From: Chrysomallon squamiferum
Lineage: Eukaryota > Animalia > Mollusca
Direction: 5' to 3'
DNA length: 64,000 bases
NCBI GenBank assembly: GCA_012295275.1
Contig: CM022670.1
Span: 31,186,001-31,250,000 of the forward strand
Positions 1 to 13,867 of the stretch are shown here, in pieces. The notes under the pieces are model-generated. The model had not been told where the DNA came from. It searched no databases and worked only from the letters and a program-made list of their open reading frames with translations. Position numbers and translations under genes: made by a program. Numbering within the stretch: the first letter of the stretch is position 1; each line of letters opens with the position of its first letter.

Positions 1-34
1 TTTTGATAGAAAATATTAAAGATGTTTTCTGCTT

Positions 35-35
<1 letters not shown>

Positions 36-80
<45 letters not shown>

Positions 81-143
81 CATACATACATACATACATA
101 CATACATACATACATACATACATACATACAAACATACATACAT
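36..143. repeat. (TA)n-(TACA)n compound microsatellite
   Basis: Directly visible. Confidence 0.95.
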
Positions 144-668
144 ATGACAAATATATATGATAGTATATGAAAAATAACACTAAACTGAAGTGAAAAAAAT
201 TAACGTGCTAATCAGAGCAAGCTGTTGTGAAGCACGTCTACATAAGGCACGCTTTCTGACAGGTCAGCGGACGTGTCTGTCGCAGAATAACACTGAAGCA
301 AGGAAACTTTATATATACCTTCCCAGTGACCCGAAATCTGATACTACTGCAATTGAGAAACGCTAAAATAGCTTAACTAGCACTCTGCTCATGATTCGTC
401 CTGCTTCTTATGACACCTCAGAAATTCTCTGCATTTAGATATAAAGAAATATGTCAGTCTTCATACTGAACTCGATGGAGTAATGGTTAAACTATCCATG
501 AAAGTGGAATATCGTCAACAATATAAATGGGAAGGTGGAAGACCTATGCATTCTTTCTTTTCACTGCTTAATCGGTTAACATAATTATTAACATAATTTC
601 CATGACAGATATGATATCCTTTCCAATATTGTTACTACTGCTACTATGATTATTGTTAGTAGTAGCAG

Positions 669-700
<32 letters not shown>

Positions 701-2474
701 TTACTACTACTTCTATTACTATTATTATTATTATTATTATTACTATCATCATCATCGTCATCATTATGGTTTTGTTATTAATGATGATGATTATGTTATC
801 ATTGCTAATGGCGACGATATTTTTATTTTTATTATTTGGTTTCTGTTGCTATTGCCGTTATGGTTCTTGTATTAATTTTATACGCCAAAACATCAAGATT
901 ACATATTTTGGCATTAATTAGTTAATTCTATTTATTAAATTTTCACGTGCTAATTCATAACAACCTCATCATTTGCAGTCAACATGAATATGTGATTATT
1001 ATAATTATCATCTTTTCATATTTCAGATATTTGAATTGTGACTCTCGAATCATGCAACATTGATATCGCCTTTGACAGATTTTTCTTTACCATTGTTAAA
1101 GAGGGAAAAAAAACTTGAAATGTAATATGTCATTTTGTTTGAAGGTATTATCGCCTTTGACAATAAGCTTACAAGTTAATGTTTATATTGTTCGTTAAAG
1201 AATTCAAAGAAGCGCAATACTGGTATATGAATGATGATGCTATGAGCAATATCGCACGTTTTGGCACAAGATTAAAAGGATAGCATCATAAGCTGGTATT
1301 TAGGTTAACTTTATTGTTAAAATTAAAACATATTTTCTTGTTGTTGTTGCTGCTGCTGCTGTTGATGTTTTATCTTAATACATTTCTGGTTTTGTCGTTC
1401 ATCTGTTCCTGATTTTGTAATTTCTGATATTAATATCACAATTTAAAAAAATGTTTAATGAATATTTTCATGATTATTCCTCATCTAAGACGTTTTTATT
1501 TACATTTTTAACATTTAATAACCATTAGTTTTACTCTTTCTTCTTTTTCTTTTTCACTATCTTTCTTTCACTTTTTCTTTGTTTTTTCTGTCACTTTCTT
1601 ATTTTTCTTTTTTATTGTTTTTTTCTTTCAACGATTCTTTCTTATTATTATTATTTTTATAAGTATTTTTCTTTATATCTTTCTATTTTCTCTTTTATTA
1701 CCTTTTTTTTTTTCTTTCACTTTTTCTTAGTTCCTGCTACTGTTTTCTAGCTAGGTCGGAGAATCGAAAGAGAACGGACACAAGTATGATTAATACAATG
1801 ACATTTTTCTACGTCCATGTCTTGCCTAAACTGGAAATTATTTAAAATCGAACGATATCCGCGAGCCCTTGATTCAGCAATTACCATTATATAAAATATC
1901 AGTTAACCGATCATCGCTCCATACCGAACCTTTTAACTGGTATGAACATTGTTCGATTCTGTAAAATTTCATCTTGATTCTAATGTAATAGAATGTTATA
2001 TCTCGCTTGGTTTGATATTTCATGGTTTCATTTGTGTGGAGATGATAGTAATGGTAATAGTGGTGGGTGGTGTTGATTGCAGTAGTAGTAGTAGTTATAG
2101 AAGTGTAGTAGTAATTAAATTGTATTCTTTATGATAGGAAGGTATTCATTATTAATATACATGGTTTGAATTGTTTGTCCGAGAAACAAACATAATTGAA
2201 TCTCTTCAGACAGCTGATCGATCGATTAACAGCAAATGAAATTAGCAGCAACTTGATAAAATATTGTTTCAGTCACATAACATAAATTTTCATAGCACAA
2301 CTAAATTAGCTGCAGAGGATCTTTTTCCCACAAACCCAGAAATAAAACTAAAGATATCCGATGTACCAGTAGCTGAAAATGGAAGAAACTGTTTAGAACT
2401 GAAAATATTAGAATTTTATATTCGATTTTAGTTAATCCGCCTGGTTATGTAATTTTATACTGTTTATTATTATA

Positions 2475-3191
2475 TAGTGGTACCTTGACTTACGAGTTTA
2501 ATTCGTTCTGTGTCCGAGCCCATAACTCAATTTGCTCGCATATCAAATCAATTTTCCCAACTGAAATTAATTGAAATACCTTTAATCCGTTCCAAAAAAA
2601 CACCCTATCTTTTTTTAACATGTTTTTAAATAAGAAAAAAATGTATTTATAAATGACAAATATTGTATAAAAAAACAAAATAAAAGAGAATGTAAAGAAA
2701 TAAAACGGTTTTGTAAAGTGTATTTATCGTGGAGATCAGACAAATTATTTTAATGCCTTTGACTGGAGTTACAGCGTTTATCAACTAATTCTGCATCAGT
2801 ATGGTACATATCGTAGAAGTACTATGCTCTTATTGCCTAGCCATGTTACTACATCACACCGCGCTCTTTTTTTTATGGGTTCATGCTTTAATTCAATGGA
2901 CATCACCCGCTTTTTCTTCTCAGCACTGTCCTTTGCACTCACTTTCTTAGAATCCATGGTCCAAAAAAAAAGAAATTTGACAAAATACTGCACAAAACGC
3001 GAGCACAATACAACAGAGATGCTTCAACGGCGAGGTAACCACGTGATATAAACGAGTGAGACGCGGGATGCTGTGCGGATGTTGTGTTGTTCGTTGCGCC
3101 ACCTAGCGGCGGCGTATCTGAGGCTCGCTCATAACTCACAACTCAAAGCAAAATGTCGACCGGGCGAATTTCGTAAGTCGAGGTACCACTG
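2475..3191 (-). mobile_element. Non-autonomous Tigger/pogo (Tc1-mariner superfamily) deletion derivative, 717 bp
   Basis: 21-bp TIRs TAGTGGTACCTTGACTTACGA (2475-2495) and TCGTAAGTCGAGGTACCACTG (3171-3191), 2 mismatches, flanked by TA on both sides. Minus strand retains a frameshifted transposase N-terminus MDSKKVSAKDSAEKKKRVMSIELK.../MARQ*EHSTSTICTIL, resembling the CENP-B/psq HTH of Tigger transposases. Confidence 0.9.
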
Positions 3192-4314
3192 TATTTATTT
3201 GGCAGTGATGTTAGTATGTTAGAAAAGCTATTACTAATACTTCGACAACAACCAGTGCAACTACTAAAACCAGACACAATTACTGCCTCAAATATCAATG
3301 ATATTACTATTACTACTACTGTTACTGCTACTACCATTACACGAATAATTACTGCAGCTACTGACGTTATATTACTACTATTTTTGTTATTATGATTATT
3401 ATTATTATTTTCGTCGTCATTATCGTTATCATTGTTATTACCGTTGGTCGTGATGACATTGCCGTGATGATTTAGAACAAGTACATAACAACTTACGTTT
3501 TTTAATTTAATGTGGTTTCTCTATACGGTTATGTAATATCTTACAAGGACATAAATATTATTAGTTCCTGATTTAAAAAGATTTCTTTATATAAAACATG
3601 ATTAATTAATTCTCCAGAAATCAAAGAGAAATAATGATGAAATAAAGGAGGGAAATGAAATGTTTATTTAATGGATATACTCAACACACTTTTAAACTTT
3701 GGTTATATGGGCTGTATACATGAATATGATTTACGAGCGGAAAGATAATGAAATTAAAATACAGTGTTTACAAAGATTGGTTCTTTTTTTCTTCTCCCGC
3801 GCTCTCCCCTACCCGTTATTAGCTGTATAGAATAATTGAGAATCACACACCTGTCCTCTTGCCGCTAAGATCAATACGTTAATTGTATAGCTTTAATCAC
3901 TGATAAAACAATTGTTACTAGGCCTGTACAAAGATGCACGAACGCAGGTTGCTGAATAATTGTTAAGTTACTCGTCTCTTTATTTACTATTGTTAATATC
4001 TAGCGACAGTTTATCTCTAGTAAAGGAGGAGGTCAGTGCAGTACTTAAAAATAGTGTGTATGTAAAACCATTATCGCTGTCTGCATGGTTAATCTATATA
4101 GTTTCTGAATCCCTGGTGTTTGTAGGCGTCAACGTAATAATTGCTTATGCTACAATTTCTCTGAATGAGTTTGCCTGAGGTCAAATTTGTTTTCGCCACG
4201 CCGTGGTTAGAACAGAGAGCGTTAGTGTACGGTTCTTTATAATTATGGTTTCATGCAGAGTGAATGACAGGTCAAGGCCGAGAAATTAATTTCCTATTCC
4301 ATCAGCATTTTCAT

Positions 4315-4440
<126 letters not shown>

Positions 4441-4483
4441 ATGGAACATGATTTCAGGACACACTTATTATAGTAGTATGTAT

Positions 4484-5107
4484 ATCCAGTAACGGACATA
4501 ATATTTGTCATATCCATAACAACAGCGGACGAAAACGAATAACAACAGATTTATAAGGCCATAAGTTTGTTGACATTATCCGTATAGCCGATATAACTGT
4601 CCACTTCAGTAAACGCAATACACCTAACATACAGTACAACCACTGAAAAAAAAAAAAAAAAAAAGGAAAGTTAATCAATCATAATTTAATTCCTGTATTC
4701 GTGAAATATGTTCTCAATAGATCGTTTCTTTGAATTTTTCATTATTTTTCTATTATTATTATTATTATTATACCACCCACAGACAAATTTATTATTTTTA
4801 TTTCTTCGCTGATGAAAACTTTTTTGACTAGACATTTGCTTTCAATCGTCATTTGAGGTGATTACTTTGGATTTATTTCTAGTTTGATCCAGATTACAAA
4901 ACACAATAATTCAGTGATGTCAAATAATTAAGATTATGTCGGTACTGAACGAATCAAAGATCAAGGTAAGAAGCAGACGTGACAAGTAAAGGTATTATAG
5001 ACGTTTTGTCGTTAATGTTACAAGAACAGAATCAATCACATTTACTGTACAATTATAGCGTAATGATGAAATGCATCTCTCTCTCTCTCTCTCTCTCTGT
5101 CTGTCTT

Positions 5108-5183
<76 letters not shown>

Positions 5184-5283
5184 TTAGACAGACAGACAGA
5201 CAAACACATCTTCCAATTTATCGATCTATGTATCTATCTATTCATGCGTCAATATAACATTTATGTTTTCATTCTCACTGAAC
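4484..5283 (+). repeat. Dispersed duplication, copy 1 (copy 2 at 49399-50585, direct orientation)
   Basis: Collinear shared blocks, e.g. AAATATGTTCTCAATAGATCGTTTCTTT, TCATTTGAGGTGATTACTT, AAGGTAAGAAGCAGACGTGACAAGTAAAGGTATTATAGACGTTTTGTC, CACATTTACTGTACAATTATAGCGTAATGA. Confidence 0.9.
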
Positions 5284-6259
5284 ATCAGAGGTTAATGTTC
5301 ATACAGCAGTAGCAATTTTATTATACAGAGGTTTCAAATAATTTGTACAAAGTCTTGCGTAATATCTTTCGGTTAGATTATGATAAAAATCCTAAAATAC
5401 CAGTACATTATTTTATATTACTTATCTTCTTTTTTTTTTCGGGGTTCGGATTTTGATTTACTGCACAATATGACCAGTAATCAAAACACAGTTTTAAAAA
5501 AAAGCATAGAACAAAGTTGCATGATAGCCGCAAATAAAGAATCAGTATTTCAGTAATGAAATGATCATTCTAAAAAATAATACATTTCTGAACTAGAATT
5601 CATTATGCATACTTAATTCCGCTGGCAGGACTATTAAACTGTCATGTTTTTACGCCAATCATCTTTTCCGTTCTAATCGTCCAGAAATCCAATTCTGCTG
5701 TCATCTCACTCTTTTGAGACACAAATGTCAACCATTCACCTGGCTTTTCATGAAAACTACTTTAGACTAGAGGACAAAAACAGAAACTGAGAAATAGGAA
5801 GGCGATTACGAATTTTCACGTTTCATACTCAAGAATAAGCTAAACAGCTTTTCTAAGGTCAATAACAATCAAGAGCGAAGTAAAAAATACATACATTCTG
5901 CTAAAGATGAGATAAATTCCTCACATCTTTGAATTTTTTTTATGTTTTCATGATAAAAGAAAGGGTCACTGAAATTAGTACTAAGATAGTTGTAAGGTCA
6001 GTGGTTTCACATTTTGCTAGTATTTTATTCATCTTATTTTTCTTTTTTTTCTTTTTTAATCCGTGGAATTTGGTTGTCTCTGATATTTAAAAAAGAGACG
6101 CATACCAACTATTCCTTGATCATAAAGTAACAAAGCTGATAAACAATAATATAATTCAGTAATATATTAATAGCTATTCAGCACGCTGTCTATAAAGGTT
6201 CACTTTGAAATAACAAAATACTATATGTTTCATGCATTCAGTATTATATGTCCAATAAC

Positions 6260-6715
6260 TATTTGTCTTGTAGACAGCAAAGATTTGTATCTCTGTAACT
6301 AAACCTCTAACATATCGCCTTAACCTCAACAGAGACCAGCCTCTTTTAATTCTAACCAAACCAAACCACTATTAACTGTATATTAACTGTATCTTCCGTA
6401 GACAGTCTACGTTTTGTTCTTTCTAGCCAAATTTCTAAAACACTATATTAATTTTATCTTCAGTAAATAGTCTAACATTTCTTCTTTCTAATCAAACCTC
6501 CAAAACATTATCTATAGTAGAGAGTCTTATCTTTCTTTTTTCTTCTTATTACATTTATCTTTACTAGACAGATAACCTTTCTTCTCTATAACTAAACTCT
6601 AAAACCTATATTATATTTATTTTCGGATATCTGTCTATATTTTATTCTCTCTGACATAAACCTCTAACATACTACAGACTGTCAGATTTCGCTTCTAACT
6701 AAACCTCTAACACAC
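6260..6715. repeat. Decayed minisatellite, ~60-65 bp period
   Basis: Recurrent (TTCT)CTAAC[TC]AAACCTCTAA[AC]A and GTAGACAGTCT motifs about 7 times. Confidence 0.65.
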
Positions 6716-8247
6716 AAAAATATTACTGTTTATTATATTCAACATTCAACGTTGTTGTATTCTATGTCGAAGACATAATTAAATACTTAAGTTTTTTCTT
6801 GATATAAACCTATTTAAACGTAGTCTGCTAATCTACAAAGCAAAAATGGCATAGATGCACGCTATGCTCACATATTTCATATATTTAATTCATTACTTAT
6901 GAACAAATACCTTATCTGATAATTATATTCTAACATTAGCTGTAACAGTTTCTGAGTGCAGCGAACTCTTTAGAAGGCCACAGTAATTATATTTTGTAGT
7001 TAATCAAGCTCTGAGCTGAAACTCACAGGACTTTCATGTAGAATTTTTTATTTTATTTTGTTTTTATTTATTAATTCTAGACGATTAATCTGCGTATTTA
7101 AAAGTTAATAAATGATTTAATCATAATTAGATCGATATCTTTTAATCAAAAAGAACCTGAATGGCATGATCAAGTTTATGTTTATTTGTGATTTTTAAAT
7201 CATCATAGAAAAACAGCCTAAGATTTTGTTAAATGTAACTTCTTTTGTTTTTCATTTATTAATAGAAACATTACGGAATGTTTCTTTGTTCGATCTTCAA
7301 ATAAAATTATCATGGTTATTTACAATCTATATGCAGTTCTTCAACGTTATGTTTAGTTGAGAAGTCATTTCTTGTGCGTTAATTTATTACAAAAAAAAAA
7401 GTTAAATCTAAGTTAGAATCAAATTCTTTGGTCAAAATCTATTTTTTATTTTCGGTGAAAAACAGTGGTAAAAACACATTCACAATTCTAATATTATCAT
7501 TCTACGGTCAAACAAAAATATATTCGCTGAAGTTAAATAATTGTCACGAGACTACCTTCATAATAAAAAACAAAAATAAAAACAAACAAAAAATAAGAAA
7601 AAATCGGAAGATTGAAATTATTCAGTGTATTCCACTATTCAACGTCAAAGTTTACAATAATGATGATGGGTAAGGTAAGGAAGACGTCGCGTTGATAATA
7701 ATAATAACTTACAGTGATTTCTGTATGAAACTGAGTTTTACTGTTGTAAATATGTATAATATCATTTTTTTCTGTTTGACTATTTACTAACATTAGTTGT
7801 TTGAGTATTTACCTCAAGCGTGGTGGCTTGTGGAATCAATAGGCCATTTCTTTATCAGCTGATCATTTAATATGGATGCTATGTATGTTAGCGGTAGAGG
7901 ATTTGCCCACCGTGTTTCAATTATGTGGAAATGCTATGGCTGAATCTTTTAATCATTAATATTAAAATATAACGGATGTTGTGAAACAAATACTTTTTTA
8001 GATATATGTTAGTAATAAAATAATGTATGTTCTTTTTTTTTTTTTAGTGACTGTTATATGTATACCTATGACATGTGCACAAAGAGTGTATCAGCTGTGG
8101 ATCTATGGAGATGCTCTTTGCAAGATGACGCAGTATCTTCAAGGTTTGTTTTGTTTAATATTTTCTTGTATAATTTTAGAGAACGAAAAATAATCACATA
8201 CACACAGAGGGGACGCGCTTATATAATTCAAAATACATACATACATA

Positions 8248-8290
<43 letters not shown>

Positions 8291-11170
8291 TCACACAAAG
8301 AATATTCATCATCCTAAAATACATGCCAGTGCCAGCAAAAAGAAAAAAGACGAAAGACAAAAAGAACGGCGTGCTTCGGGGGAAGCGATGACTGCCCTCG
8401 GTTACTGAGCAACCTTTCTGAACGTCTCGATAGCCGAACGCTAACGTCCTCCGCCTTCGGAGTGCGGGCGAAAGGTTGCAATACGTTTTTTTTTTTTTTT
8501 TTTTTTTTTTTTTATCATCTACATCATAATCATGTCTTGAAAAAACCTTAGTTCTTCCGTGTAACTATTCAAAAATAAATGTAAATTTCAGTAGGCAATG
8601 TCTGTCTACGATTTTAACCCGAAGGTTTCATTTATGTTTGTGCCAGTGTTTTCATTCTCTTTGATCATATGAACCTCAAGTTTGTCGATTTCTAAAATAT
8701 GCAAGGAATGTTGAAATTAAGTGCCAAGTCTTAAAGCAAAATATTTTATCAGACGAACTTTTAAACGATAATTAATGGGCAGTTTTTTTTAATTAAAGCA
8801 TGTTAAGTGTTAGCAATGAGATACTAATACAATTTAGTAAAAATGTTATTTCATATGCTGACATTAGTTTCTTCAAAGGACGGATAAAGTTACAAAAATA
8901 CTTAAAAGTTCTTCACTGTTGATAATAAACTGTCACTAATGCACCTCAGTTTATATTTACTATCGAATAAGTTGACATTTATGTCATATAATATTACACT
9001 AAACGATAATATGTCTTGACCTTTCTGCTTCTTTCTTGAAAGGATTGCCAAATTATTATTTTGTTTAGTAAGAACATCGTTCTTGATTTTTACAAGTATG
9101 TAATGTATACGAAAAATGTGTATACTGTCTGCCAAAGAAACAAACTAGCAACGTGTTTATCCCCATTTGAAATCCCAGTACGCCACGTTATATCGACATA
9201 ATCCCATGTAAACAGGACGATAAATCAGCAATTGCTGACATCTTCATTGTCTTATTATAGCGAGTTTCATGTTTTATGGGGAAACAAATTGCAAATGTGA
9301 TAAAGCAAAATTGGAATGGTGCTATTACCGGCGGCCTTACACAAAAACAATGAAGCACACGCATGTTTTCTGCATTTATTAATAAAAACATCTGGACCAA
9401 AGCTGAACCCTGTCTAACGCAGTGTATTTTGTATACCTTTGCCTGATGCTAAGTAGCTAATGTTGTTTGTTACAGATCGACAAATTTTCCTGATTACTTC
9501 CGCGCCATCATGACTTTGTTTTTATACTGATTCATTCAGTGCTCCAGTTTCAAACAAAATATTTCTTTATGTTAAGATTTTTCTTTTTGTTCATGCATCA
9601 TTATTATTAATCGCTTTTCTTTTCAATAGCTACTAAACTATATATCTGTTTATAAACAGAATCAGTATAGAGTAGCAGAACCCTTTTTCTGTTTATATTT
9701 AAGCAATTAAATGATAATTATCCTTACTATTGTCTACAAAACTAATAACACAGCTTTAAAAAGCTGCCAGTTATATTTTTTCCCCATTTTAAATCAGTTG
9801 AAACCATAAGAACAACATTTTTAGCAAAGTAGTTATAATTATTATTACAGTTGTTGTTTTCAAACTAGTAAACAACCAAGGTGATAATTTTAAATTTATT
9901 GTCAGAATCGCAGAGAGACAACATATGTTATGAAATATACATTTTAAATATATTGTATTCAGATTTGGTTCAGCAATCATTACTACATATCGAATTACTT
10001 TATTTTATTATTTTTTTAATATAAAAGAAAAATAAAGGTACTCAGAATTGTTTTATTATTATGTCTAAGTCAGTCGATAACATCAAAGAGGAAAAACGTG
10101 AAATAATTAATTATTATTAAAATCATCTGAACCAGAAATACCAGAGGCAATAAGCTACGATAAGCTGAAAAGAAAATTTAATTAATGGCACGATTTTCAC
10201 CCGTATTCTGCCATGATGGAAAATATAGTCTCTAATCAACTGGAAATGAAAGCTATAATAAGACAGAGCAAACATGAGACACGATTATCAACTCGTTTGC
10301 ACGAATATTCTTGTTTGTGACTTCGGCACTTGATGTTAAGATATGAAAATAAAAATCTCTTTTTTTTCTTTTTTTACTTTATTTCTATAATGTATTGGTT
10401 TGTGCCAAGAATGATTATGACAAATGTGTGTAGGAGATTTTGTACATTCGTGCCTTTTTACACGAATTTAGTAAACATTTTCAAATCAACATTAAGCTGT
10501 ATATTTGCACCGACAGTTCGCTCTAAAGGAATAATAATTATTTGACTCTAATGCATGGGAAAAAGTGAAAACATAAAAAATTTGCTCTGACTTCTGTCTT
10601 GCGTGCATTTGTGTTTCTCCGACTGTTGACTCTTATTTAGCAAAACATTTGGCTAAAGAGAACGTGCAGTACAATGGACTAAACAGCTGAAAAAGAAGTA
10701 ATTCAGTCACTTACATCGTTTTTTATCATGTTGGTGTTTCATAAAATATTTTAAACATCAACTACTAACGTCAAAATCGTAATTTAGAATCTGTTCAAAG
10801 CAAAATGAGGATTAAATTCATAAAAATAATTACCTCATTATTTGTTGTTGACACCAAATAAAAGTTTGTTTCTAGATTCCTTATATTTATTATTTCTAAT
10901 ATTTTCATTATGGTCAAAATTAGTTTAAAACTCTGGCTTAGTGCCTTCTGTGAAAAGCTCATTAAATTTTGCCATTGTACGACGTTTTACAAACTCTGAA
11001 AGACAATAATAACAACATTTCTTTTTAAATCAGATAATAATATCAATTACATACATATTAAAACAATATTAATAGTTTCTTTCACATTTTCAGTTTTTCA
11101 AGTATATAATGAATAATATAAACGTATTTGGGAAATAATAATACATTCATATTTGTGCAATATGCATGCG

Positions 11171-11262
<92 letters not shown>

Positions 11263-11832
11263 CGTGTTTATGTACAGTATTTGCATCTGAAGAAGTGTGT
11301 ATATGTGTGTGTGTGTGTGAAGGTGTGTGTGTAAACAGCTGTTTTATTTAATTTGATATTAAGTGTTGTTAGAATTGTTTTCTAACGTGTCAGCGTCTGT
11401 AAATCCAGTCAACACTGACCTATGTGTGTAAATTGATAAATGATGTCGGTGTAATGAGAGAAAGCTAATCATGTAACAAACCATCGATTTCAATATCAAA
11501 CTGATGCATAGAAGACGGCCAAATAAATCAAATCAAACAACAGACCATTACTAACCCTTTTACTTACCTAAGCCGTATTAAAACCAGTAGTTTTCTTAGT
11601 GTACTGATTTGTAAGGACACATCTATTTGGCCTAGTTTAAATAGGAATAGAAAGTGCATTTAGCGTAATACTGAAATAACAGATGTTGGAGCTACATATA
11701 GGTTTTATTTATTAACGTTATCAAAAATCACTTACACAGATATTTGTATCTTTCCGATCTTTACTTAGATTCTTAATTCAATACATTAACTAGTCCTTGA
11801 ATTTTCACATTCTTCTGCGTAACAGAAATTGG

Positions 11833-11903
<71 letters not shown>

Positions 11904-13867
11904 CAGTTTTCATCATCGTCGTCGACGTCATAATCATGATCGTTAACATCACTATTATTATATTTTAAAAACCACTAACAACGAAAAAACATATTTATTC
12001 CACCAGTAAATCATATGGTTGACCACTGTATTATACTCCGTTGGAAAATGATATGTCAAAGGAAGTTTAAAAAAAATTAACTAGATACAAATACGAAAAT
12101 CTGAATTGTTAATCTGTTTGCTTGATAGTCATTTTTTAAATCACGCGATAGCTTTTATTAACATTTTTTTTTAAATTAACGATGTTTCAGTAACTCTATT
12201 AGGAATTTTATAATGGAAGTCATTGTATTAAAATTTCAGTTCTTACACCTATTTTAATTATTTCCTAACTCTTAATCAGCAAGTTTATGTTAGTCATTTG
12301 AAAATGTTGAACGCTAACCTTATTTTCCAAATTCGATAGCTTATTCCCATTAAGCTGTTCTACAAGCTTATAATATGCAAATCTTAGACACTGCTTCGTG
12401 CTTCACTGAAATCCTTCATTGATGTTACCAGACACGAAGTTTAGAAATCAGATACCGCTCGTCGGCATCCATTGTCTAATGGAATCAAATACGCAGTATG
12501 GATGTGCTATCGATAGTTAAGAAACAGACTTGACTGTAGTCAGTTTCCTTTATTCTCCTGACGAAATGGACAATTATAATTTGGACTTTGTCATTTCAAT
12601 TTAAAAGCGGAGACCAGTGCTTTTTATACGTGTGTGTGTATGTGTGTGTGTGTGTGCGCATGCAAATGCGTATGTTTGTGTCCACGTGTATGTGCGTTAT
12701 ATATCTGAATCAGCTGAATTTTTATATTGATGAACCTATTTCCAGAGTTTATTAAAACTATTTTATGTTAGAAAGAAACAAAAAAGATTAAAAGTCCCAT
12801 AAGATGAAAACAAATCTTTAAAGATGATCGGCTATATATCAAACGTAAGTAAGCACATTAATCTTTTGGAGTGTCGAATTACCGAGCATAGTCTGGATTG
12901 TTTAAATATTAAAAAGGGTCTTTCATTGAGTATCGGTACTAGTAATGTCTTGGATTTTAGCTGTGATATCTGTAAAGATCTATATCGAGACCTTTTTCAT
13001 TTTTTTCCATCAATATAGCTTTTGATCACTGAAAGAATTTTACCTTATAATGTATACTACTGCGCGTGTAAATCTAATTGTCCTAATATTTAGTAACCAC
13101 TAACAACACAAGGAAATTAGCGGAGTGAATGCAGTTGGGTTTTAATGGATGTCTTACTTCTAACGTGGAAAACCCATCACCCAGGAGACGTGATGACGTT
13201 TGTTTCATCTGTCCAAACCATTGACAAACTTTCTGTAAACAGCCATCATTGTCTTTTGACGACAGCATCATAGACATTCACGTTTCACCGATCTGTCAGA
13301 AGCAGATAGCCCGTGTAATTGGTTAATTTCCACCACCGCGTCCAAGATGGTGACAATACCAACAGACGCCCGCTTCGCGATTGCTCATTACACGTGTTAG
13401 TCAAGATATCCCAGTGGCGTAGATTTGATGGTCACCGTCTAGGTTATCTGAGGTTTCGCTTGACAACAACAGTCTTTAGCTAGTTAAAGTAATCAGTAGT
13501 TTGATTAGCGGAAATCTACACTTATTCTCATTAACGTATTTGCATAATCGTGACACTAACTGCCGAACTTCTGAATCTGATATGCTGATAGAAAAAATGT
13601 CCAACTGTAAATTATGATCATTAAAAATAAACGACTTCATAAAAATAATGAAATAGAACAAAACAATAATAAATTAAACTAAAGAAATTAGCCACACAAA
13701 ACAAAACTATCATTTTACAAACAAAAACAAAATTATATCTATTTGTTAATTATTTTGTTTGTTCTTTTACAGGTTCTTTCCTATTTTTACCACTTTTCCC
13801 ATTTCATACTGTTATTCTTTTCTTTTTTTCAAATAATTTCTTGAATGATTTTCATTTTAATCCACAG

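Noticed and set aside
9228-9260. AIADIFIVLL, superficially like GPCR TM2 (candidate missing upstream exon)
   Set aside because: Ends in a stop codon, lacks the preceding TM1/NL context and suitable splice sites; likely chance.
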